From Octopus vulgaris (lineage: Eukaryota), in the NCBI GenBank assembly GCA_951406725.2, contig OX597830.1, positions 69,254,001 through 69,318,000 of the forward strand: 64,000 nt of DNA. Direction: 5' to 3'. Below the pieces are notes generated by a model. It did no database searches, was not told the origin of the DNA, and saw only the letters and a program-made list of their open reading frames with translations. A program made the position numbers and the translations under genes. Positions 33,646-48,706 of the stretch are shown here, piece after piece. Position 1 is the first letter of the stretch; the number at the start of each line of letters is the position of its first letter.

Positions 33646-34438
33646 CGTGTTACCATTTAGTCCTTTTGCAACATTGAAATAGACCTTCCGGTACTTATGC
33701 CCTGTATGATCATACCCTACTATTATTCATATATTCGGGTATATTTCTATTTCTATTTATTTTCCAACTGCTAATGCTCTCTGTCAATCAATTCGCAGAC
33801 TGACCATTTCCAAAGACACCCATCTTTATACCTGTCTTAAATCCCTCTCCCTCTCTTCTGTACTTTCTTTCTCACCATCTTTCTTTCCTTTCTCTCCTCT
33901 ATTGTTTTGAGGAGTATTTATTCTCCCTTTATCATTTCACTTAAATATAATTTCAAACTATTTCCTTTACTTTTCACAGACTGACCATTTCCAAACATAG
34001 ACTTTTTATAGTCCTCTTCCTTCCCCCTCCCTCTTTCATGTGCTTTCTCCTTCTCACCACGCTTACTTTCTGTCTCTCGTGTATTTTATGTTTTGGCGAG
34101 TATTTATTTATTTATTTATTTATTCATTTATTTATTTATTATTTGTGTCTTTACTATTTCTCTTAACATGATTTTATTTTTAAATATTTTACACTTTTTA
34201 CTCTTTTACTCTCTTACTTGTTTCAGTCATTTGACTGCTGCCATGCTGGAGCACAGCCTTTAGTCGAGCAAATCGACACCAGGACTTATTGTTTGTAAGC
34301 CTAGTACTTGTTATAACGGGCCCTTTTGCCGAACCGCTAAGTTACGGGGACGTAAACACACCAGCATCGGTTGTCAAGCGATGTTGGGGGGACGAACACG
34401 GACACGCAAACATATACACAAACACATACATATGTATG

Positions 34439-34504
<66 letters not shown>

Positions 34505-34906
34505 CATACATACGACAGGCTTCTTTCATTTTCCGTCTACCAAATCCACTGACAAGGCACTGGTCAGCCCGAGGCTATAGAAAACACTTGCCCAACGCGA
34601 CACACAGTGGGACTGAACCCGGAACCATGTGGTTCGTAAGCAAGCTACTTACCACACAGCCACTCCTACGCCTATTTTGTTTAATTTTTATTCAGTTTTC
34701 CACTTCAGTCCTTCTCATCTTTCATTCTTTCTTTTTATAATTACAATATTGTTGTTTTCTCTCTCACATTTTTCTTTCTTTCTTCGTCTCCCTTTATCTT
34801 TCTCTGATCATATCTTTTTCATCCTTCCCTCTCAAAATTCTTATAAAATCTCGCGCCATCTGCCCAACTCAACACATTAGGCGTATATAACGTAATGCAG
34901 TAAGAT

Positions 34907-35002
34907 GTTCCCTGATGATCCGTTGTTGTTAAGAATCCATTCCACTTGAAACATCCAATGCAGTGTCGCAAAGAACTAGAATAGTGAAACGTACGTTGGA
35001 AC
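34907..35002 (+). ncRNA. Hammerhead ribozyme motif, array copy
   Basis: Identical to 21976-22071. Confidence 0.55.
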
Positions 35003-35244
35003 GAACTATCTAGCCTTGAGTTTATCGGAATTTGTCATGCATATATATGCGTGTGTGTGTGTGTTCGTGCAGGCGTAAATGTATTCGTAAATATTGACAT
35101 ACAGACTTAACATCGATAATTATTGTTAAGATATTGCTCAAAAATACGTTTTATCGCTGTCGAGCCTGTTGAGGGTGAGAGAGATGAGTAACAGGAAAAG
35201 ATAATTAACGGAATTATAATTGTTGGAAGCTGTAGCGACACGGT

Positions 35245-35797
35245 ATACAATGTTTTGATTAGAAGATATTTCTAATTAAATGAAAGTCTCCGCCACATCA
35301 CATCGCAATTCGAAGGCAAAGCATTTGAAATCCAAAAACGAGAGATTGATAGGAAATAATTAATAAGCGAAAGATACAGTGAAGCCCTAGCAGTCTGAAA
35401 ACATTTTAGGGGTTACTGATTGCATGGGACATATTTTCAGTTAAACTTAGAAACTTTTCTTTACAACCTTGATAATATGTAGCTGCCTGGTCAATATTCA
35501 AAAGAGAAAGCAAATCACATACACACACGTGCATACATAGTTACATAGATATATACATACAAACATACACACATAAATACCTACGTACATATACATACAT
35601 ACGTACATATACATACATACATACATACATACATACATACATACATACATACATACATACATACATGTATGCATGCATGCATATATAATTAAACTGCCCT
35701 GGTTGCTAGCTGTAAGGTGAAACAAGGAAGGATGTGTAGGATTACAGGGTTTGAGAGGTAAATATATCAATCAGACACACAAACACTCACATACATA

Positions 35798-35890
<93 letters not shown>

Positions 35891-37490
35891 ACGCTCATAC
35901 ACAGAAGTATGCAGCGACATTCAATATCCTTATTGTCGCTCGTAATTCAAGTACCATGCAGTTTTGATATACTTCTTCGTATTCCATTTGAGATTCTTGC
36001 TCACATTCTCATAATTAATCGGTGAATCATGTTCTGCTCTATTTTAAACAAACCTACACGTTGTATTATTATTTTTACTTCCTAATTCAATGAATAATCA
36101 CAAATATCTTTGTATAGAAATCAACTTCTGTCTGGGCAAACGATATTTCAGCAAAGAAGCATTAAACTATATTCACGATAAATGCAGGATAAAACAATGA
36201 TAATCTTGGCAGCGTTTTCTGGGAGTTGAATGTAGTCTTCGAAGAAGGCTCAAAAGTACTCCTTAATTTTGGTGATGCATGACCTGTAGGAGCGCAGATA
36301 TTTCCATCTTGGTATTGGGTATGTAAGGGAATATTAGGGTGTGCATTTAGCTATATGCATTTAAAAATCCTTTCCAATTTGATACTATGATACATTGGTT
36401 GTTAGCTGCAAAGTAAAACAAGGATGACAAATATCATAATAGGTTTTGACATGTAAATACATAAATAACACACACACACATACACAAAGAGGCACGCACT
36501 CACACATGTGCACATTCTCTCACGCATAAAACCACGTTCAGTCTCCTTTATCTCTCTCGGAATTCATGTACCACGCAGATTTATTTAATTTGTTTGTATT
36601 CGATTTGAAATGTTTGTTGAAATTCTCATAAATACCCTGCCCTATTTTAAATATACCCAGGCGTTGCCATGTAACATCAACCCGTAGCAACGAGAAATGC
36701 AGCAACAAAATCATTAGCAATAAAGTTTAGGTTGAACCTATTTTCATAGGTATACACGTACTTGCCGTGCTCCCTATCTACCTTTCGATATAAATACACA
36801 CACGTATATACATACATACACACATACATGCATACATAGATACATACATACATACATATTACATGCATTCATACATACATAAATACCTACCTACATGCAC
36901 ACATGCATACATACATGCATATATATATATATATATATATATATACACTTTGTTTTGTGTGTGTTCGTCTTTGTGTGTCTAAGCGACCTTCGATTTGGGT
37001 ATATGTGTATATTTGTATAGATCTATCTTTTTCTCCCTCAAACAATATATATATATATACGTGTTACGATTTAGTCCTTTTGCAACATTGAAATAGACCT
37101 TCCGGTACTTATGCCCTGTATGATCATACCCTACTTTTATTCATATATTCGGGTATATTTCTATTTATATTTATTTTCCAGCTGCTAATGCTCTCTATCA
37201 ATCAATTCACCGACTGACCATTTCCAAAGACACCCATCTTTATATCTGTCTTACATACCCCTTCCCTCTCTTCTGTACTTTCTTTCTCACCATCTTTCTT
37301 TCCTTTCTCTCCTCTATTGTTTTGAGGAGTATTTATTCTCCCTTTATCATTTCTCTTAAATATAATTTCAAACTATTTCCTTTACTTTTCACAGACTGAT
37401 ATTTCCTAAGATACCCTTTTTTTCCAATTCTCCTACATCCCCCTCCCTCTCGCATGTGCTCCCTCTTTCTCTCCATGCTTCCTTTCTGTC
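35245..37490. repeat. Terminal partial unit A without the Helitron
   Basis: Empty site at 37045-37060. Similarity decays after about 37400. Confidence 0.9.
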
Positions 37491-37559
37491 TGTCATTGAG
37501 TCCCCGATGTCATATCTAATCAAACATAACAGCCATAACAGCCTTAACAGCCATCAGAC

Positions 37560-38115
37560 ATAACAGCCATAGGAATGGTTTCAATAACATCTCTTATCTT
37601 TTCTTTGTTAATGATCTGAAGCAGTATGAGCTAAATATTAATCATGATAAAGAGCAACTGGATCTCATAATCCGTTTCTCAAAAGATATCGGAATGGAAT
37701 TTGTTGTGTCCAAATGTAAACTTTGAGAGACAAAATTTGGTAACCTTTTCCCCCTCTCCAACACATTAAATATTAACCACCTAGAAATACAGCCTCAGCT
37801 CTCTGGGAAAAGTTACAAATGTCTTGAACAGGATGAGAATGTCGGATCCATCAATAAGGAGAGGACAAACTATAAGTACTTGAAGAGGGTAAAAAACTAT
37901 GGTCATCTGAACTCTCAGCTTACAACACGTGTACTACTCCTTTGCAGTGCTTTTCCTCACACCTACACTATACGTTCTGAACTGGTCACTATCAGAACTC
38001 AGTGAGATAGATATAGATCCCATGAGCTGCTAGGTGGTACAGAAACTTCAAATCCATTGGAGATTTTGATAGGCTATACTTCTCAAGCATGTATGGTGGC
38101 CGTGGTCTCAAACAC
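37560..38115 (+). mobile_element. R4/NeSL-type LINE RT remnant
   Basis: ITSLIFFVNDLKQY...IRFSKDIGMEFVVSKC...YKCLEQDEN...DRLYFSSMYGGRGL. Confidence 0.7.
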
Positions 38116-39065
38116 CAGCTTCTATAATGGCTGAGTCAATAAAAATGGAATCTACAATAATGAGGAAAGTACAAAAGATAAATTGATCATCCCCAAATAG
38201 AGAAACGAACTAGGATAATGTTTAAATTTGAGCTTTCAGCATTTAACACAATTATTTACTTCGGTAGTTAAGGTAGTATCTTAATAAATAAGACATTTAT
38301 TATTAGTTGTAACACTTCGAAGAGTGTCAACAATTAATCGTAAAATGCGAGTGACTGATTTTCATTTATTCTTTCATTCATGGAGAATATGAAACAGAAA
38401 CATTTATGTAATGGTAATCCACTAGCAACCAACAATGACCAGTGTCCAGGAAAAATGCCGGCATTGCCCGTGCATGTGGTCCTTGCACCCACTGTTGGCT
38501 TCACAAAAGTTCACGCCCGCTTCGCCTCTCTACTGGACTGGGTATCAGAGAGTCGCCTCGTTGGCAATTGCACAACCTACAATCTTAGGTCCAATAAGGC
38601 TTCACAACACCTCACAGGCCCTCTTCACCACTCATCTTTGATGATCCAGAGAAAAGCCAACGCAAGATATCCAGTGCAACCACGGGTCGCAGGCCCGTTG
38701 TTGCACTGGATATGGAGGACCATACTCACAAGTGCAAACAAAAGATCTTCAAAATGTTCAATGCCGTTCCCTATATATTTTTAATTCAGAGTGACTTTCT
38801 CCCAGGGGTCTTCCAATTCACCGGACACCAACGCGGGATTTCTGAGATCCAGTACTGTTGCAAGATAGTTGTTGAACATACACAAGGTTCATCTGTCCCT
38901 TTGGCAAGTCTTGTTTTTAGTCCTGCTGGGTTTCTAGTATCCCTCCTGATCAGGCAAGCCTAGTGGTGAAGCCGGTTGAGTCGTCCATTACTCGACCATG
39001 TAACAACTTCACTGGATTCCATGTTACTGGTAGCACTCATGAGAAACCTCACATGACACACACAC

Positions 39066-39096
<31 letters not shown>

Positions 39097-39229
39097 GGGT
39101 AAGAAATTTCCATGAAGAGATTTTCACTGAGTAATAAGTTGAAGGGGTGAGAAATATCAAACATATAGTAAAAGAAGGAAAATGCACACAATCTATATAC
39201 TTTTAATATATTTTATAATAGAGTATTAT

Positions 39230-39914
39230 CATAGTCTACCGGTTTCGCGTTTTGCTAATTATGGCTGGGAAATCGGTGGAAATACTGCAATTTCATAGCA
39301 TTTTAAGGAGTTTTTAGTCAATTTTGTTTGCATTAGAGATTGCTTGAAAATGAACCAGTATGTCAAAAAATCTAAGGAGAGGTAATTGGTGATTGTTATT
39401 TCTCGCGGAACACTTTTTGTGGGTTACACTTTTGGGGGAGGGTAAATTTACAGTATTTATACTACGAAGTTGGTTATGCGTTCATGAATTAAATATTTAA
39501 AAAATCCAAAATTGGTTATGCCTTCATATCCAGATACGGTTTGTATTTTTCATTTTATTTAATCATTCTTATACAGAGATTGTTTCCCTGCACTTGTAGA
39601 AGGGGAAATTCCCTGCACATCTCTATTTGTTCGCTGAATGATATGTATTTGCACCTTGGGAAATGAATCTTTTCTTTAGGAAATATAGTTCTCCGTCTAA
39701 GTGGCATCTTTGTTTGGCCTATATAGTTGTGTCGGCATCCTGAACAAGTTAATACATAAATTAAAAAAAACTTGGCAAGCACAAATGAAATTAATCCTAA
39801 TTGTAAATCCCTGTCGTTTTTTGAAGTGAATTCCGAGCCAAATAGGTTGAAGCATGTATGTATGTATGTATGTATGTATGTATGTATGTATGTATGTATG
39901 TATGTATGTATGTA

Positions 39915-39952
<38 letters not shown>

Positions 39953-39954
39953 TG

Positions 39955-40037
<83 letters not shown>

Positions 40038-40330
40038 GAACGTGGTTTGCCTCTGGGGAATAATTCGCCATCAAAAGGGAGATAATCTTTTCTTAGTTAG
40101 ACAAAGTTGAAGAAATTATATATTTAATTTTTTAGCTTAAAAGGTTTTTAAAATGTTTCTTACACAAAATAGAACAAAGCTCCTAGATATTTTTGCCGTT
40201 GGTAGCCGTGTACATAATTTCTTTATCTGTGAATTAAGGCTACCATTGGTTTCATGTTAAGAAAAGTAGGAAAATATCCTTGTGTCTAGACAAGTTTTCA
40301 AGTCTATCACATGAAGGTGTTCGACTCCAT
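39230..40330 (-). mobile_element. Penelope-like element remnant (GIY-YIG) split by a microsatellite
   Basis: IYVLTCSGCRHNYIGQTKMPLRRR in ORF 39555-39782. (TATG)n(TG)n(TAGA)n block at ~39855-40036. Confidence 0.7.
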
Positions 40331-40543
40331 TTTGGAAAACAGTCTTCTACTTGTATGTTGAGGTAGTACCTCAACATACTAGTAGAAGGAAACCATGCTC
40401 ACAACAAAAACAAATTAATAACGTACAATAACTAGCCATTGATTCATTGTTTTACTGTGTATGTATATCTCTGTCTATGTCTCTATGTATCTCTGAAGAT
40501 GAGGATGAGTGTGTGTGTGTGTATAGGTATAGCTATACTTTTG

Positions 40544-40574
<31 letters not shown>

Positions 40575-41053
40575 CTATGTACATGTGCTTATGTCTGTAT
40601 AGCCATATATGTTGTTGACATACAATCTTTGCACTAGTTGAGCGTCATATAATAAATCATATATTTCTGTTGTTTGACAAAACATGTGAAAGTTATATTG
40701 AACGTTCTTGATTGGCTGGTAAATCATGTATCAATTATTATTATATAAATGATGAGGTTAATGTTCAAATTAATATTTAAATATATTTTGTATATTCAGA
40801 ATTTTCTAATATGTATATTGGTTCTATATTTAGAAATATGCCTTTGTTCTGAATCTAACTTGATAAAGGTTAATGATCTGACAATGATGTATATATAATC
40901 ATATCAAAGGGAAATAGAATTTAATTAAAATTATAAACATTTAATCAAAATTTACATTTCCAGTGGTCTAACGTGTAAAACAATTAGTCAAAAAGACTAT
41001 ATATTAGTCATACTACATATTGTATATTTAAACACATAAGGAATCATGACGAC

Positions 41054-41100
<47 letters not shown>

Positions 41101-41398
41101 GAGAGAGAAAGAGAGAGAGAGAGAAGATCAAGTCAATCTCTATCTCTCTTGCTTACTCTTGTGGTTTCGACCTCGAACCCACAAGTGTAAACAAGGGAGA
41201 CAGAGGCAGGCAGAAACAAGGAAAATGCCTCTTGTATTTGAATACTATGCAAATATTCTTTTAAAATACTTTTCATTTAATTTTTTACAAATTTCCATAC
41301 TTGCAGCTGAAAAAGTCTCAATGAACGGAACCGGTACTGAAATGTTTTTTATAAAATTATTTTAGCATTTTCTATCTTGACTTTTTTCCATATATATA

Positions 41399-41435
<37 letters not shown>

Positions 41436-41924
41436 ATATATATATATATATACATTTATATATGTATAGGCATATATGTGTATATATGTGTATGTATGGG
41501 TGTATATGAGTCTGAATGGGTGTGTATGTATGTGTATGCATGAATTTATGTATATGTATATGTGTCTGTGTGTATTGATGTTTATGTCTATGAGTGGGGG
41601 TTTAGTTGTCGATATATGTAAATCATATTTATATAGACAACTATATAAAGTAGAATTTAGAAATATTAACTTATACTATAATTAAAGTAAGGTTAACAAT
41701 TAGCAAAGAAGATTCGGTTTACGGAACATAATGTCATGCAGTTTTTGTTTGTATACTATTGCTGAGCGTAATAATTTAGATTAGTCATTTTGTTTGAAGT
41801 GTATTCTATCTACCTCCTACACACACGCAGATTCCTGACAGCGAAAATGCTCCTAACGGTTTAATAGAGATTTGTGTTATTTTTATTTACCAAAATGTTG
41901 TAACAAGGAACTTTCTCTTAAGTT

Positions 41925-42044
41925 CCCTGATGAAGCTGTTTTCCTAAATGCATTGTATTGATTAATTATTTAATTATTGAATCATTTAATTATATAATCA
42001 TAAACGGATATGCTCTTGGTAAATTAGCTGAAAGATGTGTCGGG
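41925..42044 (+). ncRNA. Decayed hammerhead ribozyme motif (Penelope-type)
   Basis: CC-CTGATGA-AGCTG...TAGCT-GAAA-GATGT-GTC-GG. Confidence 0.5.
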
Positions 42045-42178
42045 TATTTTATTTACTTATTAATCTTTTGTGAACTTTATAGATATTAGGAGAAATAAAT
42101 AATTAATTGCTATACCACTTTTCCATTGTGAACTTTATTTTATGCACACAGACACAGACATATACACATACACACTCA

Positions 42179-42265
<87 letters not shown>

Positions 42266-42368
42266 GAGGGTTTACCCGAAAGAAACCGGAATTTTACAAT
42301 ATTATTGTATTCATATAGTTTTACATGTTTACACTTTTATTGCCTACAAAGTATTTTCTACATTATTT

Positions 42369-42452
42369 ACATTTGACGGATATTTGTCCTCATCTTGTTT
42401 CTTGTTAACACAACGTTTCGGCTGATATACTCTCCAGCCTTCATCAGGTGTC
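42369..42452 (-). ncRNA. Hammerhead ribozyme motif in a Penelope-derived short repeat
   Basis: Minus strand: GACAC-CTGATGA-AGGCTG..CAGCC-GAAACG...CGTC. Stem I is imperfect. Confidence 0.55.
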
Positions 42453-42501
42453 TTGGGGAAATTTCGAACCTGGGTTCTCATTCCTAAGGTATTTTTCAAT
42501 G

Positions 42502-42557
<56 letters not shown>

Positions 42558-42560
<3 letters not shown>

Positions 42561-44275
42561 TAGTTTTATTTTTATAGCGTGCTTTCACTTCACTACCGAG
42601 CGCAGCTCTGTGTGCCTTGGGTATGTGCTGTGATTTGTTGTGATGCTCTGATGGTTATTGTATGGAAAGTGTTCTGCGTAGGATGTGTGCAGTGCCTAGT
42701 AGTGCAATTTTCTGTATGTTATATGTGTTTGTAAGTCCTGGTGTTTTTGTTATGTATTTGTCTGATTATTTTTTTATCATGCCTAATGCACCTACTATGA
42801 TAGGAATTGTTTCTGTTTTCAGATTCCACATTCTAGTTACCTCTATTTCCAGGTCTTTGTATTTTGAGAGTTTCTCCATTTCTTTTAGAGAGACACGTTG
42901 TCATCTGCCGGTATTGATACATCAATTGGAAAGCATTTTTTTTCTTCATGATCTCTGACAACTATACCTGGTCTGTTGGCCTTAATTTCTCTATCTGTGT
43001 GTATCGGCATATCCCAGAGTATGGTTGCTTTCTCGTTTTCTGTGACCTTTTCTGGTGTGTGCCTATACCATCTTTTTTCTGTTGTTATTCCATAATGTTG
43101 GCATAGCTTCCAATGTATGTAGGTTCCAACTCTGTCATGTCTGTGAATATATTCCTTCTTAGCCAGGACTGGGCAGCTAGAGATAATATGATTTATTGTT
43201 TCTTGTCCATCTCCACATATTCTCCAGTTACATAATATTTCTTTTCATTATATGTTTTTGGTAATTTCTGGTTGGGAGGCTTTGATCTTGTGCTGCAATT
43301 AAAAATCCCTCTGTCTCTGCTTTGAGTCCTGAGCTTCTCAACCATTGCTGGGATTTTTCATTGTCTATTTCTTTTGCGTTTAGTTTAGTCCAGTATTTAC
43401 CATGAAGGGGCTTTTCTTGCCATCGTTTTATCATGGTTCGTTGCTGTTCTATTTTTAGTTTGGATTTCATTTGTTTTATAGCTTTTGTTGTTTCTTCATC
43501 ATCTTCTTCTTCTTCTTCTTCGTGTTTATTAGGTGGTATGATTTTCTGTTTGTATTTGTCAGCTTCCTTAAATACTGAGAACAGTTTTTTATTTTGCTCG
43601 TGTTTTGCCGCTATTTGTATCAGTCTTCCTTCCTTCTGAAGTAGATATTTTTGCAGTCCTATGGTGGTTATTTTATAGTAGTTTTCCAGATGTGTAAGGC
43701 CCCTACCACCATCTATACGTTGTATATATAGTCTTTCTATGTCAGATTTCGGGTGAGGCATCCTAGATCCTGTCATTATTTTTCTTGTTTTCCTATCTAT
43801 TTTGGTCAGTTCATTTCGTGTCCAGTTAAGGATATTGTAGCTGTAACTTATAACTGGGACAGCTAAAGTGTTAATACCTATTAACTTGTTTTTAGCATTG
43901 AGCTCTGTTTTTAGTAATGATCTAACTCGTCTATAATATTCTTTTTTTATTTTCTCTTTCATTTGTGTATGTTGTGTCTTATCTAGTTCATGGATTCCTA
44001 AGTATTTGTAAGTTTGGCTTTGGTCTAATTCTTTTATTTCATTGGTTTTATCTAGTGTGATGTTACTACTCTTAACTAGTTTTTCTCTTTCATGGTTACT
44101 TTGGCGCATTTTTCTAATCCAAATTTCATATCTATTTCTTTGGTAAATCCATGAACTGTCTTTAATAGTGTTTCCGGCTGTTTGTCATTTGCAGCGTATA
44201 GTTTTAGGTCATCCATATATAAAAGGCGGCCGATCGTTTTGCCGTAACATTTATATCCGCATCCAGTTCTATGTG
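42558..44275 (-). mobile_element. R4/Dong-type LINE, 5'-truncated, ending at a (TAA)n tract
   Basis: LLYMDDLKLY, MKFGLEKCAK, 293-aa ORF 43228-44109 (YKYLGI, RLYIQRIDGGRGL, ETEGFLIAAQDQ), then CCHC/RHD and RLE motifs. The 3' end abuts (TTA)n at 42505-42557. Confidence 0.9.
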
Positions 44276-44299
44276 CGATTTGTATACTATCGTTCAAGA

Positions 44300-46260
44300 C
44301 TTTGATGCGATGTATTTTTATTTTTATTATTGGTGTATCTCTTTGCTATCTTATTGGACTATTCCTACTCGATACGTTGGGCAAGATCTTTCCTGACGTA
44401 TACTTCGCCATTTACAAAGATGATGCCCTCGCCTTAACTGCTAATACCAATGGACCAGCACAGGATCGGTTTAGGAAGGACGTTATCTTAGCATGACTTA
44501 GCATGACTACAGACTTAGCATAACTACAGACACTTAGCATGACTATAGATACCAACCTGACGGTTGTCAATTTCCTAGGTGTATCTTAGATCTAAATAAG
44601 AACATTTATAAGCCTTATAGGAAGCCCAACGATAGACTTAGTTATGTTAATGTGGATTCTTGCCATCTCCCCGTACTGTTTAAAAATTTAGTTAAAAACT
44701 TTAGCAAAAGATTTTCTAGCCTCTCCTCCGATAGGGACATTTTTAATAGCGTTTGAAAAGATAAAAGATATAAAAGATAGTGGTTTTGGCGAGGAAATAA
44801 CCTAAACACCTGCCACCAGTCCAATAATAAAGAGGAAACATAGAAATAGGAAAACTATCTGGTTCACACACCCCTACTCACCCGAGGTGAGCTTCAATAT
44901 AGGCAAGTATTTCTTAGCACTGATAGACATGTTCCAGTCAACCATACTTACAGAAAGCTCTTCAATAGACATAACTTAAAAAATCAGTTTCAGCTCAACT
45001 ACCAATTTTAAAAATATAATCGCACACAACCCACAAAAATCACAATACAAAACCAGCTGTTCATGCAGGGATAAAAATTTGTGCCCGCTAAATGGAGCTT
45101 GCATGACCGAGATCATCATTTATGAAGCCACCGTAGAATCTATATACACTAAGGACACGGTTTCGACGAAGAAATACATAGGCCTTACAGAGGGTAGTTT
45201 CAAGGCCAAGTTCGATAATCACACCTTCAGCTTCAGGCACTGGGATAAAAGGAAAACGACCAAATTATCCAGTCATATATGGTCATTAAAGAATAAAGGT
45301 GTCAGTTACAACATCCATTAGAAGATCTTAGCCAAATTTAAACCCTACACCAACGGCAGTGGAAAGTGTGGTCTTTGTGATATGGAAAGATGGCTCATCT
45401 GGAAAAGCATCTTAGACCCCGCTACATGTCTGAATTCAAGAATTGAACTTTTCGGATCATGCCCATACGTGGCTCAATATTTGTTACGTTTTTGGTCCTG
45501 CCGAGATTACAGATAGGACTTGCTTTCTATATTGTGTTCACGTACAAGCTTTTTATCTCTTTATAATTTTTACTTATATTTCTTATATATTTTTATATAT
45601 ATTTATAGATCTTTTATACGTATTTTTTACATATCTATAGAGATAGTTTTATAGGTTTATTGCTCATATATATTTTACTCATAATTTTTCCTTATTCTAC
45701 CTTCCACCCTGCATTTTACCTGTGCGTATATAGACGTGTATATGGAATCGTTTGTGCGTGCGTATAGATGTGTGCGTGTGTGTTGATATGTGCATATATA
45801 GATGTGTGTGTGTGCGTGCATGCGAGTATGTGCGTATATAGACGCGTGTGTGTGCGTGCATACGGGTGTGTGCGTATATAGATGTGTGTACGAACCTAGT
45901 TGGTGCGCATGTGTGTATGGCGAATGGTGTGGGTGAGAATGTGTACGTTTCAAGTGAGGGTGAATGAGTGTATACTTATAGGTGCATGTGCGTGGGTGTG
46001 CGGACGCGCATGTGTAGGTACGGACATGCGCGCTTACGCGAATACTATGAACATTTTATCCCCTTACTTTTACTCCTCCCCTCACTTAGTGGTCATTCAA
46101 ATAGCTCTTTTGTCTTAATAACGGTCAATCACACAGTAATTTCCCTTTGTTTAACGGTCATTTTCATAGCGTTTCTTCTGATGGCCGGATAACTGAAGAG
46201 ATGGCGGCGTAGCTTTCCACCCCGACATCCGAAACTCGGACTTTTATCACGGCTAGTAAA
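44300..46260 (+). mobile_element. Penelope-like element: RT plus GIY-YIG remnant, with a terminal HHR motif
   Basis: YKDDALA, VNFLGV, YKPYRKPND, CPLNGAC..IIYEATV..YIGLTEGSFK, KCGLC. CTGAAGA...CGAAAC at 46193-46235. Confidence 0.85.
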
Positions 46261-46469
46261 TAATTGTCACATATTACAATTACATAGATATTTATATATA
46301 TATATATATATATATACATACATGCATACATGCATACATACATGCATACATACATACATACATACATACATACATACATACATACATACATACATACATA
46401 CATACATGCATACATACATACATACATACATACATACATACATACATACATACATACATCATAGCTGCA

Positions 46470-46811
46470 CCCTCGTTACACGAGAAAAGCCATTTCCAAA
46501 AAGACTTACTGAAATGACTCATTGTTGATGCCATGTGATGCGCTTATATGACTTTTAAGCCCAACCAAACTTTTACACATTTTATTACATACTGCACAAC
46601 TGTGCTGGCTGGCAGTAGAAACAGGTGCCACCATATTCACTCTCTTAACGTGTCTTTCCAGACCTCCAGATTAGAGGCACTCTCTTCCACATTTGAGACA
46701 TGTTCCGTTGTGAATTTTAATAGCCACATCACTGTTTATCATGGGTCGATTCCTGTAAGATTTTTGATGGCTCACCAGGCCTGCACGAGTCAAACACCTC
46801 TTCCCAACAAC

Positions 46812-46882
<71 letters not shown>

Positions 46883-48645
46883 CAACACTCTCTCACTTTC
46901 CACTGGTTCCCTCCTTCTAAACTCCCTTCTAATTATCTCATACTTCATTCTCTCCCCCCTCGAACCTTGAACAACCATCATGCACTATCTTCTTCCATCC
47001 ATCGCGGTCTTGTGTCTCCCTCTCTCAATCACCAGCTGTAATTCCTGTCTGTATTAGAGCATTCTTAAGGCAATCCTTAAATCTTAGTTTAGGCTTATGT
47101 GCTGGTCTCCTGCCGTCTTCCAGCTCACCACACAATAGCTGCTTGGGTAGTCGCTCATCACTCATCCTTACCAAATATCTCCCGACTCCAACCTCAAAGT
47201 TTTTTACAAAATCTTTGAATCTGTACTTCTACTGCCACTCCTCTCGAGCAGCGCCACATTACTCATGGCCATTTTTCCAGTTTATCCTCAAACCTTTTCT
47301 CAGACAGTATTCATGGTATCATTCCAATGGCTTACAAGCCTACATTAAACAACCCATGCCTCACCTCACTCCCCTATAACAAAGATGGGAGGTCGCACCT
47401 GTTATATACCTTAACTTTAATTTATATTATGTTGTTTCCACAGACGACTATCTAGTCTACCAAAAGCACTTCTAGCCCTGCTGATTCTGTATGAAATGTT
47501 ATCATGAAGACCAGCAGCGCTCAAGGTACTTCCTACATAAATAAGTCTAGGTGCAGCCTCCAGCCTTTGACTATTCACAGTTATAAAAGGTTCCACATAC
47601 ATTTTGTGGGAGTGGGCTGGTACTTCATAACAGTTTTTTTTTAGATTGATCGTTAGACCAAATGCTGCACATGCTGCAGAAATCGCATTCACAATATGCA
47701 TATCTTTCAGGGAATGTTCCAACAGGTCACAATCATCTTTCCTTTTGGCACAGAGTCTTTTGAGATTGAACAGCTTTCCTCTTGTCCTATATCTTATATA
47801 GATGATAAACTTGCCTTCTATCTATCACTTAACAGTGATTATACGCAGCGTTACTCATGATGACAAAGTTGTCATTTTAGGTGATTTTAATGCACGCGTT
47901 GGTGCAGATTTGTAGACCTGGGGTGTCTTAGGAAAGCATAGCGTTGGGAGTTCCAACAATAATTGTTTATTACTGTTATATATGTGCGTAGAGATGGATT
48001 TGTGTATCATGAATACAATGTTTCAACGAAAGAGTAAGTGTAAAACAACATGGATGCACCCTGGTTCTAAGAAATGGTACCTTGTAGATTACATCCTCTC
48101 CAGGAAACGAGATACTAGGGGCTTTGCTATACTACGATTGATGTGTGGTGCAGAGTGCTTGATTGATCATAATCTTTTGCGTGCCAAGGTGAATTTTGCT
48201 CTCAAGCCTAAGGTTAGAGCAAATAATGACATGTTACCTAATCGGATTGATGTCAATAAACTTAAGACTCCATCAGTACGCAATGAGTTTGTGATGGGAG
48301 TTGTGATGGAATTTCTCCTGTGGTGGAAGCTGGAAGTCATTCAAAGAAAGAGTGTACAAGATTTGTAGTAACATTCTTGGGTTTGTTGCAAAAAAGACAC
48401 CGAGATTGGTTTGACTATAATGATGAAGAAGTTAGTTTTATCTTAGAGGAGAAGCAAAAGGCATTTAACATGTTGCAAAATATTGACCTGCCAGCAATCA
48501 GGACAGTGGCTACACACTTCAAGGCAGTAAAAGCAACAGTGCAGACGAAGCTGAGGATGATGCAGGAAAATTGGTGGAGTGATATATGCAATGAAATCCA
48601 AGAAGTTTCAAATGCTAACAATTCCAAACTTTTTTACTCTCTCTC

Positions 48646-48706
<61 letters not shown>

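Larger units (their letters stand above)
28724..35244. repeat. Macro-repeat unit A, full copy (6521 bp)
   Basis: Colinear with the other copies. Confidence 0.95.
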
